A stretch of 64,000 nt of DNA from Pelagomonas calceolata (taxonomy: Eukaryota). The notes below the pieces were generated by a model. The model ran no database searches, was not told the origin of the DNA, and saw only the letters and a list, made by a program, of their open reading frames with translations. Position numbers and translations under genes: made by a program. Below, one piece after another: positions 19,821-30,891 of this stretch. The stretch's first letter is position 1, and each line of letters starts with the position of its first letter. The stretch covers positions 5,332,001 through 5,396,000 of the forward strand of contig CAKKNE010000001.1 of NCBI GenBank assembly GCA_918797485.1. The letters are read 5' to 3'.

Positions 19821-20276
19821 ATGTCGCTCCCGCGGCGAATAGTGAAGGAGACGCAGCGGCTCACGCAGGAGCCCGTGCCCGGCATCACGGCCATTCCCTT
19901 CGAGGACAACATGCGCTATTTCAACGTGATCATTTCCGGGCCCGACGACTCGCCCTACGAGGCGGGCGTGTTTAGATTGGAGTTATTTCTACCCGCGGAC
20001 TACCCGATGGCGCCGCCGAAGGTCCGGTTTCTCACGAAGATCTACCACCCGAACGTCGATAAATTGGGGCGCATCTGCCTCGACATCCTGAAGGACAAGT
20101 GGTCGCCGGCGTTACAAATAAGGACGGTCCTATTGTCGATCCAGGCGCTGCTGAGCGCGCCGAACCCCGACGACCCATTAGATAACGGCGTCGCGGACGC
20201 GTGGAACCGGGACGAGGCCGCGGCGCAGCGGACGGCGGCGGAGTGGACGCGGATGTACGCGTCCGGCGCGAAGTGA
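19821..20276 (+). CDS. UBC13: Ubiquitin-conjugating enzyme E2 UBC13/UBE2N
   Basis: [12 protein letters not shown]…[60 protein letters not shown]. Confidence 0.97.
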   Translation: MSLPRRIVKETQRLTQEPVPGITAIPFEDNMRYFNVIISGPDDSPYEAGVFRLELFLPADYPMAPPKVRFLTKIYHPNVDKLGRICLDILKDKWSPALQIRTVLLSIQALLSAPNPDDPLDNGVADAWNRDEAAAQRTAAEWTRMYASGAK

Positions 20277-20445
20277 GTCGCCCGCGTGTTTTAATTTGTG
20301 CCCTCCCCCGAATCCCGCCCACCACGTCGCTTATCCCTGCGTTCCGCGTGCGAGTAATCTGTACCCGGAACTTGGCAGTCCCCAGCGCCTCGCGGGCGCG
20401 GAGTATTGCCCGCTATCCCTGCGTTGCGTACGAGTGAATTGGACT

Positions 20446-21273
20446 TTAGGCGGTCCCCGGCGACGGCGTCTCGCTTGAAACGCCGCGCGCCGCCTTCTTG
20501 GCAGCTTTCCTCGCGTCGCGCGCTAGGAGCTGCTCGGCGCGCGCGCGATCGTCGGCCGAAAGCGAGGACGGGTCCTCCTTGTACGCCGCGCGCAGCTCCG
20601 CGTTATGGCGGGCACGGAGCGCCGCTCGCATGTTTTGCAAATTGTCCTCAATATCTTCTGTGATTGGGTGCGCACCACCGAGCACGTGCCGCGCGGTCCG
20701 TCCTATCTCTTCGAGCGTCGTCACGGCCTCGCGCAGATCGTCGAGCGTGGCGCCGTCGTCCGCGTAGAGCGCCATCGCGTAAATCTTCTTCATCCTGAGC
20801 GTGAGATCATCATTCTCTCCGAGAACGCGTCGCGCCACGGGCATCACTTTGCACAGCAGCGACTTGGCTTCTTCGAAGCGATCTAGTTGGACAAGGGACG
20901 ACGCGTAGTTGTTGGCTGCTTTGATGGTTTCCGGATGTTCTTCGCCATGTAACTTTAAACGTCCGGAGTAAACGCCTTGCTCCATGCTTCGGGCCTTCTC
21001 AAGGTTTCCAAGATCTCCATACGAGATCGCAAGATTTGTCTGCGCGGTGAGGAAGTCCTTGGCTGGTGCGCCAAGGCGCTGCAGCATAGACAACTCGGCC
21101 TGGAACGCGTTCACCAGAATGTAGCGGGCGCCCTTGGCGTCGCCGGCTTTAATTTTGGCCGTCTCGCGCGCATGTATTGAGGGGTAGCTTTGCAGTTTTT
21201 CGTCGAGGGCGGGCCAGGCGCCGACTGTTGTGGCGATTAGAGCGAGGACGGCGGCGCGGGTCGCACGCGTCAT
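20446..21273 (-). CDS. Signal-peptide protein with kinesin-light-chain-type TPR repeats
   Basis: NLAISY…G…GEEHPETIKAANNYASSL…ARRVLGE…DDLREAVTTLE…VLGGAHP. Confidence 0.75.
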   Translation of the reverse strand: MTRATRAAVLALIATTVGAWPALDEKLQSYPSIHARETAKIKAGDAKGARYILVNAFQAELSMLQRLGAPAKDFLTAQTNLAISYGDLGNLEKARSMEQGVYSGRLKLHGEEHPETIKAANNYASSLVQLDRFEEAKSLLCKVMPVARRVLGENDDLTLRMKKIYAMALYADDGATLDDLREAVTTLEEIGRTARHVLGGAHPITEDIEDNLQNMRAALRARHNAELRAAYKEDPSSLSADDRARAEQLLARDARKAAKKAARGVSSETPSPGTA

Positions 21274-21289
21274 TTGGCGGTTTCGCGCT

Positions 21290-21511
21290 TTAGAGGCCCA
21301 GAGCCATCTTCGTGACCAGGAAGAGCGCTAGAAGGAAGCCGCCGAGCACTAATAGGAGCTTTTTGACGTCCGCTGGGGAGTTGTCCTGCAGAGGCGCTTT
21401 TTTATCTCTCTTCTTCTTCAGCGATCGCCGCAAGTCTCGGGCGTTTTTGCGCAGGCCACAATAATTGAGTCCGGCGCCCTCCCTCGTTGTGTCTAGTCCA
21501 TAGTCCGCCAT
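21290..21511 (-). CDS. Small basic tail-anchored membrane protein
   Basis: 73-aa ORF with a Lys/Arg-rich stretch and a C-terminal TM helix. Confidence 0.55.
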   Translation of the reverse strand: MADYGLDTTREGAGLNYCGLRKNARDLRRSLKKKRDKKAPLQDNSPADVKKLLLVLGGFLLALFLVTKMALGL

Positions 21512-21534
21512 AGGACTAAAGCCGCAAAACTTCA

Positions 21535-21558
21535 GCTAGCGGTTTGTAAGACACTAGC
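21535..21558. promoter_or_regulatory. Recurrent intergenic CTAG motif copy (reverse)
   Basis: GCTAGCGGTTTGTAAGACACTAGC in a divergent promoter. Confidence 0.7.
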
Positions 21559-21798
21559 AACAGCGGCAAGGCGGCAAAAGCGACGCGCGCTTTGCTCCTA
21601 CAGCAGCATTCGTGCATTTCCATTAAGTGATTTCGGTACAAAATAACCGATCGCTGCACGCGCACCTACCGGAGCGCTCCGCACAGCTCTAAATTCAAAT
21701 AAGCTCCGCCTGCACGCCGTCGGTCGCGCGCGTGATACTCAGCTAAGTACGCTCGCCTGCACGCCGTCGCCGCGCGCCACAAACAAACTCACAGCAGC

Positions 21799-23007
21799 AT
21801 GAGCGGCATCCTCTCCACCCTCGCCAACTGCCTGCCGAGCCGCGAGAAGCCCTACTGCGGCGGGCCCTCAGTCCGCATCGGTGTCTTAGGAGGCGGCCAA
21901 TTGGGCCGGATGATGATCCAGGACGCAATCGACCTCGACGCGCGCGTGGAAGTCATGGATCCGTCAGCGGACGCGCCCTGCGCCCACCTGACGCAGCGCT
22001 TCGTCCAGGGCAACTTGCTCGACGCGAAGGCCGTGGAGGCTTTTGGTACTGGTTTAGATTGTATCACGATCGAGATCGAAGGCGTGAGCGTCCCGGGCCT
22101 GGAAGCTCTGGAAAGGAAGGGTGTGAGAGTGGTGCCAAAACCAGCACACATCGCCCTCATCCAGGACAAGGGCTTGCAAAAGCAGTTCTTCCAGAAGCAC
22201 AACATCGCTACTGCTCCGTTCGCCCTCCAGATGGCAAATGGTGATCGAAGCGCATTAGGCTACCCCGTCGTCCAGAAATTAAGAAGGGGCGGCTACGACG
22301 GCAAGGGCGTCGCGGTCCTCAAAGACGCGTCTTCTTCCCACTTCGAAGGCAAAGACGCGCATTGCGTCCTCGAGAAGAAGATTGACATCGAGAAGGAGTT
22401 ATCGGTAGTAGTATGTCGAAGATCTGCGTACGACACGAAGTGCTACGAGCCGACGGAGTGCGTGTTCGATCCTCGCGGGAACGTGGTTCAGCTCATCGTG
22501 AGTCCGGCGTCGATAACTCCCGAACAAAAAGCTACCTGCAACGCCCTCGCGAAGCAAGTAGTGGATGCGATGGACTACATTGGCATTCTGGCCGTGGAGA
22601 TGTTCTTGGAGAAGGGCACTGGTAAAATTATGGTCAACGAATTAGCCCCTCGGGCACACAACTCGGGCCACCACACGATCGAGCAGTGCGCGACGTCCCA
22701 ATTTGGGCAGTTGCTGCGGGTTGTCTTGGATTTGCCGCTCGGTGACGTCTCCCCAACACGGGCGAAGGCTGCCGCGATGGTCAATATCCTCGGGTCGCCC
22801 AGTGTCGCCAAGGGCTCCAAACCGCTATACCGAGGCTTGCGGGAAGCCCTGGGCAAGCCCGGCGTCTACCCCCACCTCTACGGCAAGTCGACGGTCTCGC
22901 CCTTCCGGAAGATGGGTCACATTACGATGGTCGGGGACGATCGGGATGAAGTTGTGGAATTGGCGAAGGAGGTGCTGGCTTCCGTGGCCTGCGAGGCGGC
23001 GCCCTAG
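21799..23007 (+). CDS. purK: N5-carboxyaminoimidazole ribonucleotide synthase (PurK, ATP-grasp), not fused to PurE
   Basis: IGVLGGGQLGRM, GGYDGKG, NELAPRAHNSGHHTIE, HLYGK…RKMGHIT. Confidence 0.93.
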   Translation: MSGILSTLANCLPSREKPYCGGPSVRIGVLGGGQLGRMMIQDAIDLDARVEVMDPSADAPCAHLTQRFVQGNLLDAKAVEAFGTGLDCITIEIEGVSVPGLEALERKGVRVVPKPAHIALIQDKGLQKQFFQKHNIATAPFALQMANGDRSALGYPVVQKLRRGGYDGKGVAVLKDASSSHFEGKDAHCVLEKKIDIEKELSVVVCRRSAYDTKCYEPTECVFDPRGNVVQLIVSPASITPEQKATCNALAKQVVDAMDYIGILAVEMFLEKGTGKIMVNELAPRAHNSGHHTIEQCATSQFGQLLRVVLDLPLGDVSPTRAKAAAMVNILGSPSVAKGSKPLYRGLREALGKPGVYPHLYGKSTVSPFRKMGHITMVGDDRDEVVELAKEVLASVACEAAP

Positions 23008-23081
23008 GTGATGCGCGTTAACTTCTCTTACTTTTCTCGAGGGACTCGCGTCGATGGCGTCCCGGGAGACGAATCGTTTTT

Positions 23082-23105
23082 GCTAGTGTGTTACAGACCG
23101 CTAGC
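23082..23105. promoter_or_regulatory. Recurrent intergenic CTAG motif copy
   Basis: GCTAGTGTGTTACAGACCGCTAGC upstream of the RanBP2-ZnF gene. Confidence 0.7.
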
Positions 23106-23350
23106 TGCGCCTTGGCTTGCCCAAGCTAAATCGGCCTGCATTTGCCGCGCGACGCCTGCCGGGAGCAGGCGACCGGCTAATCGCTGCGCGCCAACCGTGT
23201 AAGCCGCCGCGCATCGCCACGCGTGCGCCCTGAGGCGGCGGGACCCTCCACAAAGCAGGGAGAGCAGGCAGCAGCAATCGCAGCGCGCCGACCGCTGACG
23301 CAGCCGCGCAGAGCACGCGTGCGCCCCGCGGCAGCACACCAAGCAGCACC

Positions 23351-24179
23351 ATGGCCGACTGGAGAGCCACGAGTGACTGGACGGCACGCATGAGAGAAAC
23401 GCCGAACCTCGCGCGGAACACGGTCTTCGTCGAGGAGGCCGCACCGAAGCCCCAAACACAACAACCTTACCGGGGCGGGCGGCCCGGCGCGCCGCCCTCG
23501 GGCATAAGAGACGGCGACTGGCAGTGCCCCGAGTGCCCGAACGTGAATTTCGCGCGGCGCATGGAGTGCCACCGTTGTGGGGCAGCGAGACCCTATGAAC
23601 CCAGAAAACCGCGCGCGCGGCAGCTTCGGGACGACGAGGAGCCGAGATATCGGCGGCCGCGGCCGCGCGACCGGAGCGAGGAGCGCGACCGTCATCGTCG
23701 AAGAAGCCGCAGCCGCAGCAGGGATGGCGGCCGCAAGTTCGAACGCGGAAGACACAAAGGCGAACCCCCGAAAGAAGACAACTGGCGGTGCGGCCACTGC
23801 CAGAACGACAACTGGGGCTGGCGCAAGGTACGTTACAACCTTTGGTCGCTGCGTCGTGATCACCACACACAGGTCTGCAACCGCTGCCAGAAGCCGCGGC
23901 CCGAGAACCTCGCGCCGCGCGAGGGCCGCGGCAGGGGCTTCAACGAGCGCGACGACGCGTCCGATCGACGCGCGCCGCCGCCGGACGAGGACGATGGGTA
24001 CGACGACTTCGGGCGAAGGAAGAAGGCCAAGAAGAGCAAGGCCGAGCGCGAGGCGCGTCGGTAGCGTCGGTGGTGGCTTCAAACTTCGTTCGGCCTTTCT
24101 TGGACCGTCCTTGTACGGTGTGGTTCCTACGCAGGCCGAGGCGCTCGCGCGGCTCCAGGGCGCGCACGGGCCGCACTGA
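23351..24179 (+). CDS. RanBP2-type zinc finger RNA-binding protein (ZRANB2-like); exons 23351-23827, 23873-24052, 24135-24179
   Basis: GDWQCPECPNVNFARRMECHRC and, after splicing, NWRCGHCQNDNWGWRK|VCNRC; GT-AG intron 23828-23872 and GC-AG intron 24053-24134. Confidence 0.85.
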
Positions 24180-24378
24180 TGCGCTGTCGCTGCGACGGCG
24201 TTCTGGTGGGGTAGACGTAGCCCCGACGGCGCCGTCGACGCGAGGCCTGTAACTTGACCAATATTACTATCCATGCCCCGCGCCACGCCTAGACGCGTCG
24301 CCGCCGCAGACCGCCGCAGAGAACGGTCCGCACCGCCACGCCGTCGAGCAGGCGTCGCGTCGATGGCATCGCGAAAAG

Positions 24379-25767
24379 CTACAGACAGACCTCGAAGAGG
24401 CCGGCGGCGCCCATGCCCCCGCCGATGCACATCGTGACCTGTGTAAGTAAAGATAACCAACGAACAACAACAAACAAACAAAAAGCAACCGCGAAAGAAA
24501 AGCCCTCGGAAACGTCCTAGACATCTTTCGACATAGGTCGGGTCAAAAATGGGTTAATAATCCTTCCGTCAAGGGTCGGTTGCGTCATCGGGCTTTCATG
24601 ACTGAAGTAGGGACACTGAAACAATACAACGACGTGCTTCGCCTTCCGCCGCTGCCCCTCCAATAGTATATGACCGACCTGCCGCGCGCCCGTCATCCCG
24701 AAGGGGTGGCCGATGGCGATGCTCCCGCCGTTCACATTCGCTTTTTGTGGATCTATCCCTAACTCGCGCATCGCGTACAGCGGCACGCAGGCGAACGCTT
24801 CATTGATCTCCCACAAATCGATGTCGTCCACAGTCAAACCTGAACGACTCAGTAGCTTGGGCACGGCGTGGACCGGCCCAATACCCATCTCGTCGGGCGC
24901 GCAGCCGGCCACGGCGTAGCCCTTGAAGATTCCTAGAGGAGATACACCTCGTTTCGAAGCCAAATCCCCGTCCATGACCACACACGCCGCCGCGCCATCT
25001 GACAACTGCGACGCGTTGCCCGCCGTCACGGTCGCGTGTGGATCATCTTCGTGGCGGACCGGTTGCAAGCCTTGCAGCGATTCTAGGGTCGTCGAGGGCC
25101 GGTTGCACTCGTCTTTAGATACTGTATATTTGATATCCTCACTGGTACCTTTTTCTTTGTCCTTGACGGTCATAATCGTGTCCATCGGCACTATTTCATG
25201 CTCATAATAACCGGACGACTGGGCATGGGCGGTTCGTTTCTGACATTCTAAGGCATACGCGTCGCAGTCTTCTCTGGAGACATCATACCTCTTCGCGAGG
25301 ATATCCGCCGTCTCGATCATGGGCATCCATAGAGCTGGAAACGTTTTTAACAGTCGTTTCTCGGGCACGGTCGTCTTCGCGACAACCGGCTGGACCATGC
25401 TGATCGACTCGACGCCGGCGCCTATCGCAACATCGGCGAAGCCCGAGGCCACATGTCCTGCCGCGGAGGCGACGGCCTGCAAACCCGACGCGCAGAAGCG
25501 GTTGATGGTCGCGCCCGACGTGGAAGCCGGTAACCCCGCCCACAAAGCAGCATTCCGACCGATGTTCATCCCCGTCGCGCCTTCCCCGAACCCGCAGCCC
25601 GCGATCACATCATCTACTTCGCCCGGCTCGATTTTCGCTCTTTGGACCGCGTGCTCGATGGCATGCCCGAGCATCGCCGCGCCGTGCGTCTTGTTGAAGC
25701 CGCCTCGAAAGGACTTGGCCAGGCCCGTTCGTGCCGTCGAGGCGATGACGACGGTGCGGGCGGCCAT
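24379..25767 (-). CDS. Acetyl-CoA C-acyltransferase (thiolase); exons 25767-24628 and 24438-24379
   Basis: INRFCASGLQ, NEAF, GHPFGMTG; removing intron 24439-24627 restores the catalytic C-terminus KHVV|VTMCIGGGMGAAGLFEV. Confidence 0.93.
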
Positions 25768-26033
25768 TTTGTGGTTCTGGCGTGATTCTGAGGCGACAGC
25801 GAAGGAGATTGAAAGATGCGGCGACCGCTCAGCTATTGCTCGCGGGCGACGGCGTTCTGGATGTGAGGCGACAGCGAGGCGACAGCGAGGGGTTGTTTGA
25901 CCGCGCACAGCACCTGGCGTGAGGGTCAGCTATATCTTTGAAGCGATGCGCGACCCGGAGCGTGTTCTGTGGCGCTTTACAGCGAGCAAGGGCACTTTTT
26001 TGTGGAGGAGGAGGCCTAGGAGGCTGGGATAAC

Positions 26034-26058
26034 GCTAGTATGTCAATGTGGCGCTAGC
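26034..26058. promoter_or_regulatory. Degenerate CTAG motif copy
   Basis: GCTAGTATGTCAATGTGGCGCTAGC in a divergent promoter. Confidence 0.45.
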
Positions 26059-26168
26059 TGGCGCAAGCAAGACAGCGGCTCCGTACTGCCCCTATATATC
26101 CTCATCACTCGCCCACGGTTCCATCAGGGCCCAGTCGTAGCGGCGCGGAGGCGATCTGGACCGATAAT

Positions 26169-26549
26169 ATGCTCCGCTCGGCGCTATCACGCCTCACACT
26201 CACTGCACGGCCAGCAGCGCCCACAACGACGCGCGCCTTCGCGAGCAACCGGAGCAAGCGCGGCATCTACGCGGGCAAGGACATCCGCTTCGGCAACAAC
26301 ATCAGTTTTAGCCACCGCAAGACGCGGCGGACCTTCAAGCCGAACGCGCAGCGCAAGCGCCTCTGGTCCGAGACGCTCGGCTGCTGGCTGCGCTTCAACC
26401 TCACGACGCACGCCTTGCGGTGCATCGATAGGGCGGGCGGCATCGACGCTTATTTGCTGAAAACGCCGGACGCGAAGCTCGGGTCGATCGCGGGCGCGAA
26501 TGCGCGACGCATGATTGAGGCGGCGCGGGCTAGTCGAGACCCGTCGTAA
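26169..26549 (+). CDS. rpmB: Mitochondrial ribosomal protein bL28
   Basis: Presequence; GIYAGKDIRFGNNISFSHRKTRRTFKPN…ALRCIDRAGGIDAYLL. Confidence 0.93.
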   Translation: MLRSALSRLTLTARPAAPTTTRAFASNRSKRGIYAGKDIRFGNNISFSHRKTRRTFKPNAQRKRLWSETLGCWLRFNLTTHALRCIDRAGGIDAYLLKTPDAKLGSIAGANARRMIEAARASRDPS

Positions 26550-26594
26550 GATCATGAGCTATATAGTACGATGTCTTAGAAGGCAACCGACGCC

Positions 26595-28122
26595 TCAGTC
26601 GCCCATCCACGCCGGCGCGCGCCAGTCCTTGCCCGCGTAGCGCGCTTCACTACCGAGCTCCCTTTCAATTCTCAGGAGCTGGTTGTACTTCGCCAGCCGC
26701 TCGCTTCGGCACGGCGCGCCCGTCTTGATCTGGCCCGTGCACAAACCGACCGCGATGTCCGCGATGTACGTATCCTCGGTCTCCCCTGACCGGTGCGAGG
26801 TCATGATGCCCCAGCCCGCCTTTTTGCTCATCTTGACGGCGTCAATGGACTCCGAGAGGGACCCGATCTGGTTCACTTTCAGGAGTAGCCCGTTGCAGGC
26901 TTCCTTGTCGATGGCCTCCGAAATCTTCGCGACGTTCGTCACCGTCAAATCATCCCCGACGGTCTGCACCGTGGCCTTGACTTTGGGCGAGAAGTTCGAC
27001 CAAGCAGCCCAGTCGTCCTGGTCGAAGGCGTCTTCGATGGTCACGATCGGGAACTCCCTGCAGAGGTCGGCGTAGAAATCCGCGAGTTGCGCCGCCGTCA
27101 TCTTGAGAGCCGGATCATCCCTCTCGCCCGGAGGATAGAAGGTCCCCAGGTCGTAGCAGTCCTCGCCCTCGACCTTGAACTCCGACGCGGCCACGTCCAT
27201 GCCAATTTCGCACTTCCCCTCGTAGCCCGCCGTCTTGATGGCCTCCATGACGAGTTCCACACCTTCCCGGGCATCGCACGGGGGGGCGAAGCCGCCCTCG
27301 TCGCCGATGAGCGTCGCGTCGCCGCCGAACTTGTTCTTGATGATCTTGGCCAGCGTGTGGTAGCACTCCGTGCCGATCCGCAGACCTTCGCTGAAGGACG
27401 GCGCGCCCGTCGGTATGATGAAGTACTCCTGGAAGGCGAGCTTGTTGCCCGCGTGGGAGCCTCCATTAATGACGTTGAACGCCGGGACTGGGAGGACGTT
27501 GGCATTTTTTGTGTTTCCTGCCACGTCTGCCACGTGCTGGTAGAGGGGCACGCCCTTGGCCGCGGCGCCGGCCTTGCTCACCGCCAGAGATACGCCTAGG
27601 ATGGCATTTGCACCTAATTTTTGTTTGTTAGGTGTTCCATCTAAGTCGATCATCAACTGGTCGATCTCTCGCTGTTGTGAGGAGTCCTTACCGACGACGG
27701 CCGGGCCGAGGACGTCGTTGACGTTCTTCACGGCTTGCAGGCAGCCCTTGCCCAGGTAGCGGCTCTTGTCGTTGTCGCGGAGCTCACAGGCCTCATAAAT
27801 ACCCGTCGACGCTCCCGAAGGTACACTGGCGCGGAACGTGCCCTGCTTCGTGTCGACTTCCACTTCGACCGTCGGGTTGCCCCGCGAGTCGAGGATCTCG
27901 CACCTGTGCACAAATCAACCAGTGAGACGCGTCGATGGCGTGGATGCCATGATAATAGCAGTGGCGGAGACAATTTGATTCATGCACTGTCTCGCACGCC
28001 CTGACGGCGGTGATCTCGCCGTCACCGCCGGCGCGCAGCTGTGTGGCGGCGCGCGGCTTGACAGCGGGCGCGAAGGCGGCGGCAGTGCTGAGGAGCAGCG
28101 CTAATATGAGGCGGTGCGCCAT
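26595..28122 (-). CDS. ENO: Enolase with bipartite plastid-targeting presequence; exons 28122-27998 and 27903-26595
   Basis: [19 protein letters not shown]…; spliced [52 protein letters not shown]. Confidence 0.96.
27904..27989 (-). mobile_element. Introner element forming the enolase intron (intron 27904-27997)
   Basis: Perfect 8-bp TSD GTGCGAGA (minus strand; 27990-27997 and 27896-27903); imperfect TIRs CAGTGCATGAATCAA / TTGATTTGTGCACAG; core ACGCCATCGACGCG. Confidence 0.9.
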
Positions 28123-28526
28123 TGCAATATCCTCCCTGTGAAGCTGCTATGCTATCTCCTCGCTGCAGAGGCTGTTTTCGTCGTAGTTTGCGGGTGTCAC
28201 TGCGCAAGCTATGCAAGCTAGTCACTTCGCGCGGCGTGTTAACAGTAACAGCTATCTCTGCGGAACCGAGTACGTTTTTGGTCCAAGCACCTTGGCTCTG
28301 CATCGCCGCTAGAGAGATTCAGCCCTGCCTGGGGTGCGCCAATCGTCAGTCGCAGAAGACTCGTGTCCGGAGCTCTCTTCGCAGTGCTGGTCTTGGCACT
28401 CGGCGGCGGCGTGCGCGACAGCCGCGGCGCGCGGGACCGCCCAGGTTCTAGAGAGTAGTATACGTATTAGGCCCCCACCAGCCACGCCGCCGGCGCGCAG
28501 GCCTCACCAACGGCGCCGCCGCCACC

Positions 28527-30425
28527 CTACATCTGGAACGACGTCAGCCCGACATCCCTAGCAGCAGCGAGCTGCGCGACCGCCATCGCGCGCACGGTAG
28601 ACAGCTCCACCAACTCGTCCTTGTCCCTACAATTTTGCATGGCGCCGCCCAACATATCGACCACCGCTTGCGCTTGATCGAAGGAAGCAGCTAATTGGAG
28701 CTTTAATTCCGACAGGCGCATGAGTGCGACCATGCACGTCGGGTCCACGGCCAACGCACTTTCAAAGAGCTTCTGGGCGTTGTGCGCCTCGAACTGGTTC
28801 ATCTGGATGAGCGTCAGACCCTTGTTGTACAACGGTACGGGATTGGATTCGTCGAGCCTAATTGCTTCGTCGAACTGCCTTATAGCGCCTCTGAGATCGG
28901 CCTTGGCCAGCAACACCTCGCCCTTCACTTGGTACACTTCGGACATGGTCGGGGCCAACCGTTCCGCGGCCTCGACCTGCTCTTCGACAGATTGTGCATC
29001 AGCACCTGAATGTATGAGTACGGTAGCCAACCGCAACCTAGCGAGCACATGGCCCGGAGCCACCGCAATACACGCCTCGAGGTCGTTCTTGGCGGCTTCC
29101 AGGTCCCTCCTTATCACCCTCAGTTGCGCGCGGTGCATGTGGACGTCTGAGACCGAAGCACCATCCGCATCTGCCAGAGCCGCATCTAAGGAAGCATCCG
29201 CTGACGCCATGTCCGCGTTGTCCACGTGGACGCCCGCCAACCGTACTCGCGTCTCCACCCGCTTGGCGGGATCCGATTCCAGCGCAAGAGCTCGTTCGTA
29301 GCACTCCGCCGCACCACTCAGATCGTGGACCAAGTGTTTATAGAGCCCCGCCGCCCGTTCCAGCTCCGCGACCAACGCGGGCGGGAACTGCTGGCCGTTC
29401 GCTTCCGCTTTCACTTTCTGAGCGGAGGCCAATTCAACATCTTTTCTCGCGGCCTCGTAGCGTTTCGAGTACGTCGCCGTCTCCGCCCGTTGGAGGAGCA
29501 GTCGGATCGTCTCGGCGTCGTCGCCCGAAGCTCGTGCTGCCTTGATTGATGTGGCGTAATCTGTCGAGTCCGTCGATGCCGCTTGGGCCCTTGAATCGTA
29601 AGCAGCATAGGTCATCAATAATTGCGTGATCGTGTTGGACGAGGGCATGCCGAACTTCGCTCCAGAAGCTCTACGAGCCGCCAACACTTCCTCGGCGGCG
29701 GCCGCGCCGACCGCGCGCATGACGGATTCGACGTTGTCCACCGGCGTCGGCTGGTCCGCCTGCCGGCCCGCCTGCAGCGCCTTCTTGAAGGCCTCCCTCT
29801 GGATGAGTAAATCCGCACAAATTTCGACGAGCGCTTCCTCGTTTCTGCCCAATTTATCAAAAATGCGCGCTCTCCTCCTCCTGACCTTGGCGTGCTGCGG
29901 ATCCGACGCTAACACGACAGCACAGTCCTCGAGCGACGCCTCCAGGTCGTCGCACCGCTCCCGACACGCACTTCTATTGTTATAAAGTGCTTTCCGCTGC
30001 GGCGCGAGCGTTTCGTGCGCAATGCTTAAATCGATGGCCTTCGAGAACCACTCGGCGGCTTCGGCATACCTCGGCGGACTCGCCTTGAACAGCTCGAAGG
30101 CCTTCTGCTTGCAACTGTTGAACTCGGCCTTGACTGCTTCGCCCGACGCCGCGTCCTTCGGCGCTTCCTCCGTGCGCGGCGGCGGCGGCGCGTCGGCCTC
30201 ATCGTCGAGCTCGCTGTCCTTCTTCTGCTGGCGCGCCCACCAGACGAGCGCGGCGATGCCGACGCCGGCGGCGGCCGCGACGGCGAGGGCCTGCGAGGCG
30301 CGCGCGTGAGCGGTCGCGTTGCGCGCGCGTGCGCGGCGTTGGCCGCGCGGAACGAGAGCCGCGCATAAATGTTGCGTGGGCGCGCGGACGTCGCCGCGCG
30401 GTTTTGAAAGAGTTAGTCCTGTCAT
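28527..30425 (-). CDS. TOM70: Mitochondrial import receptor Tom70-like TPR protein; probable in-frame intron 30291-30389
   Basis: N-terminal signal-anchor TM, clamp-type TPRs (YNNRSAC…HAKVRRRRA), further C-terminal TPR array. Confidence 0.75.
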   Translation of the reverse strand: MTGLTLSKPRGDVRAPTQHLCAALVPRGQRRARARNATAHARASQALAVAAAAGVGIAALVWWARQQKKDSELDDEADAPPPPRTEEAPKDAASGEAVKAEFNSCKQKAFELFKASPPRYAEAAEWFSKAIDLSIAHETLAPQRKALYNNRSACRERCDDLEASLEDCAVVLASDPQHAKVRRRRARIFDKLGRNEEALVEICADLLIQREAFKKALQAGRQADQPTPVDNVESVMRAVGAAAAEEVLAARRASGAKFGMPSSNTITQLLMTYAAYDSRAQAASTDSTDYATSIKAARASGDDAETIRLLLQRAETATYSKRYEAARKDVELASAQKVKAEANGQQFPPALVAELERAAGLYKHLVHDLSGAAECYERALALESDPAKRVETRVRLAGVHVDNADMASADASLDAALADADGASVSDVHMHRAQLRVIRRDLEAAKNDLEACIAVAPGHVLARLRLATVLIHSGADAQSVEEQVEAAERLAPTMSEVYQVKGEVLLAKADLRGAIRQFDEAIRLDESNPVPLYNKGLTLIQMNQFEAHNAQKLFESALAVDPTCMVALMRLSELKLQLAASFDQAQAVVDMLGGAMQNCRDKDELVELSTVRAMAVAQLAAARDVGLTSFQM

Positions 30426-30666
30426 CTCCTACTCGGTCGGCGCACCTTTGTCGCTGGCCTGGGCATCTGGGAGCAGTGTCGTCGCAGCGATGCCCACTGA
30501 ACCGGCAAACGAGCGCGCGCGCCGGCCGCGTCGCCCGCGTCTCCTCTCCCGCGGCTGGCTTTGTGAGGACCGCGAGGCCCTCCACGGATGAGTCCAGGGA
30601 CCGCCGAGCGAATTCCCGGAGCCTCGCAGTGTTGATCACGCGTCTTTGGGCCTGTTTTCCGTGCTT

Positions 30667-30691
30667 GCTAGTGTCTTTACAGACCGCTAGC
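30667..30691. promoter_or_regulatory. Recurrent intergenic CTAG motif copy
   Basis: GCTAGTGTCTTTACAGACCGCTAGC in a divergent promoter. Confidence 0.7.
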
Positions 30692-30891
30692 CGCCGAACT
30701 GCAGTTGAGAGCAGGCCTCCATTTGCGGCCGCACCCGGGCTAGAGACTGCCGTGATAGGCTTCGCGGGTCGCCATCATCATACCCGTCGCACAGCGGTAC
30801 TTTTTTTACGTGGTTTGAACGCATACGAAGAGCTCCCAAGCCGAAAACTCCCGGCTGCAGAAGAAGTCTGTGCACGGAGTAGCATTGAAAA

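Noticed and set aside
24517..24627. Thiolase apparently lacking its C-terminal catalytic Cys in the ORF track
   Set aside because: The ORF reads into an intron; exon 24438-24379 supplies MCIGGGMG
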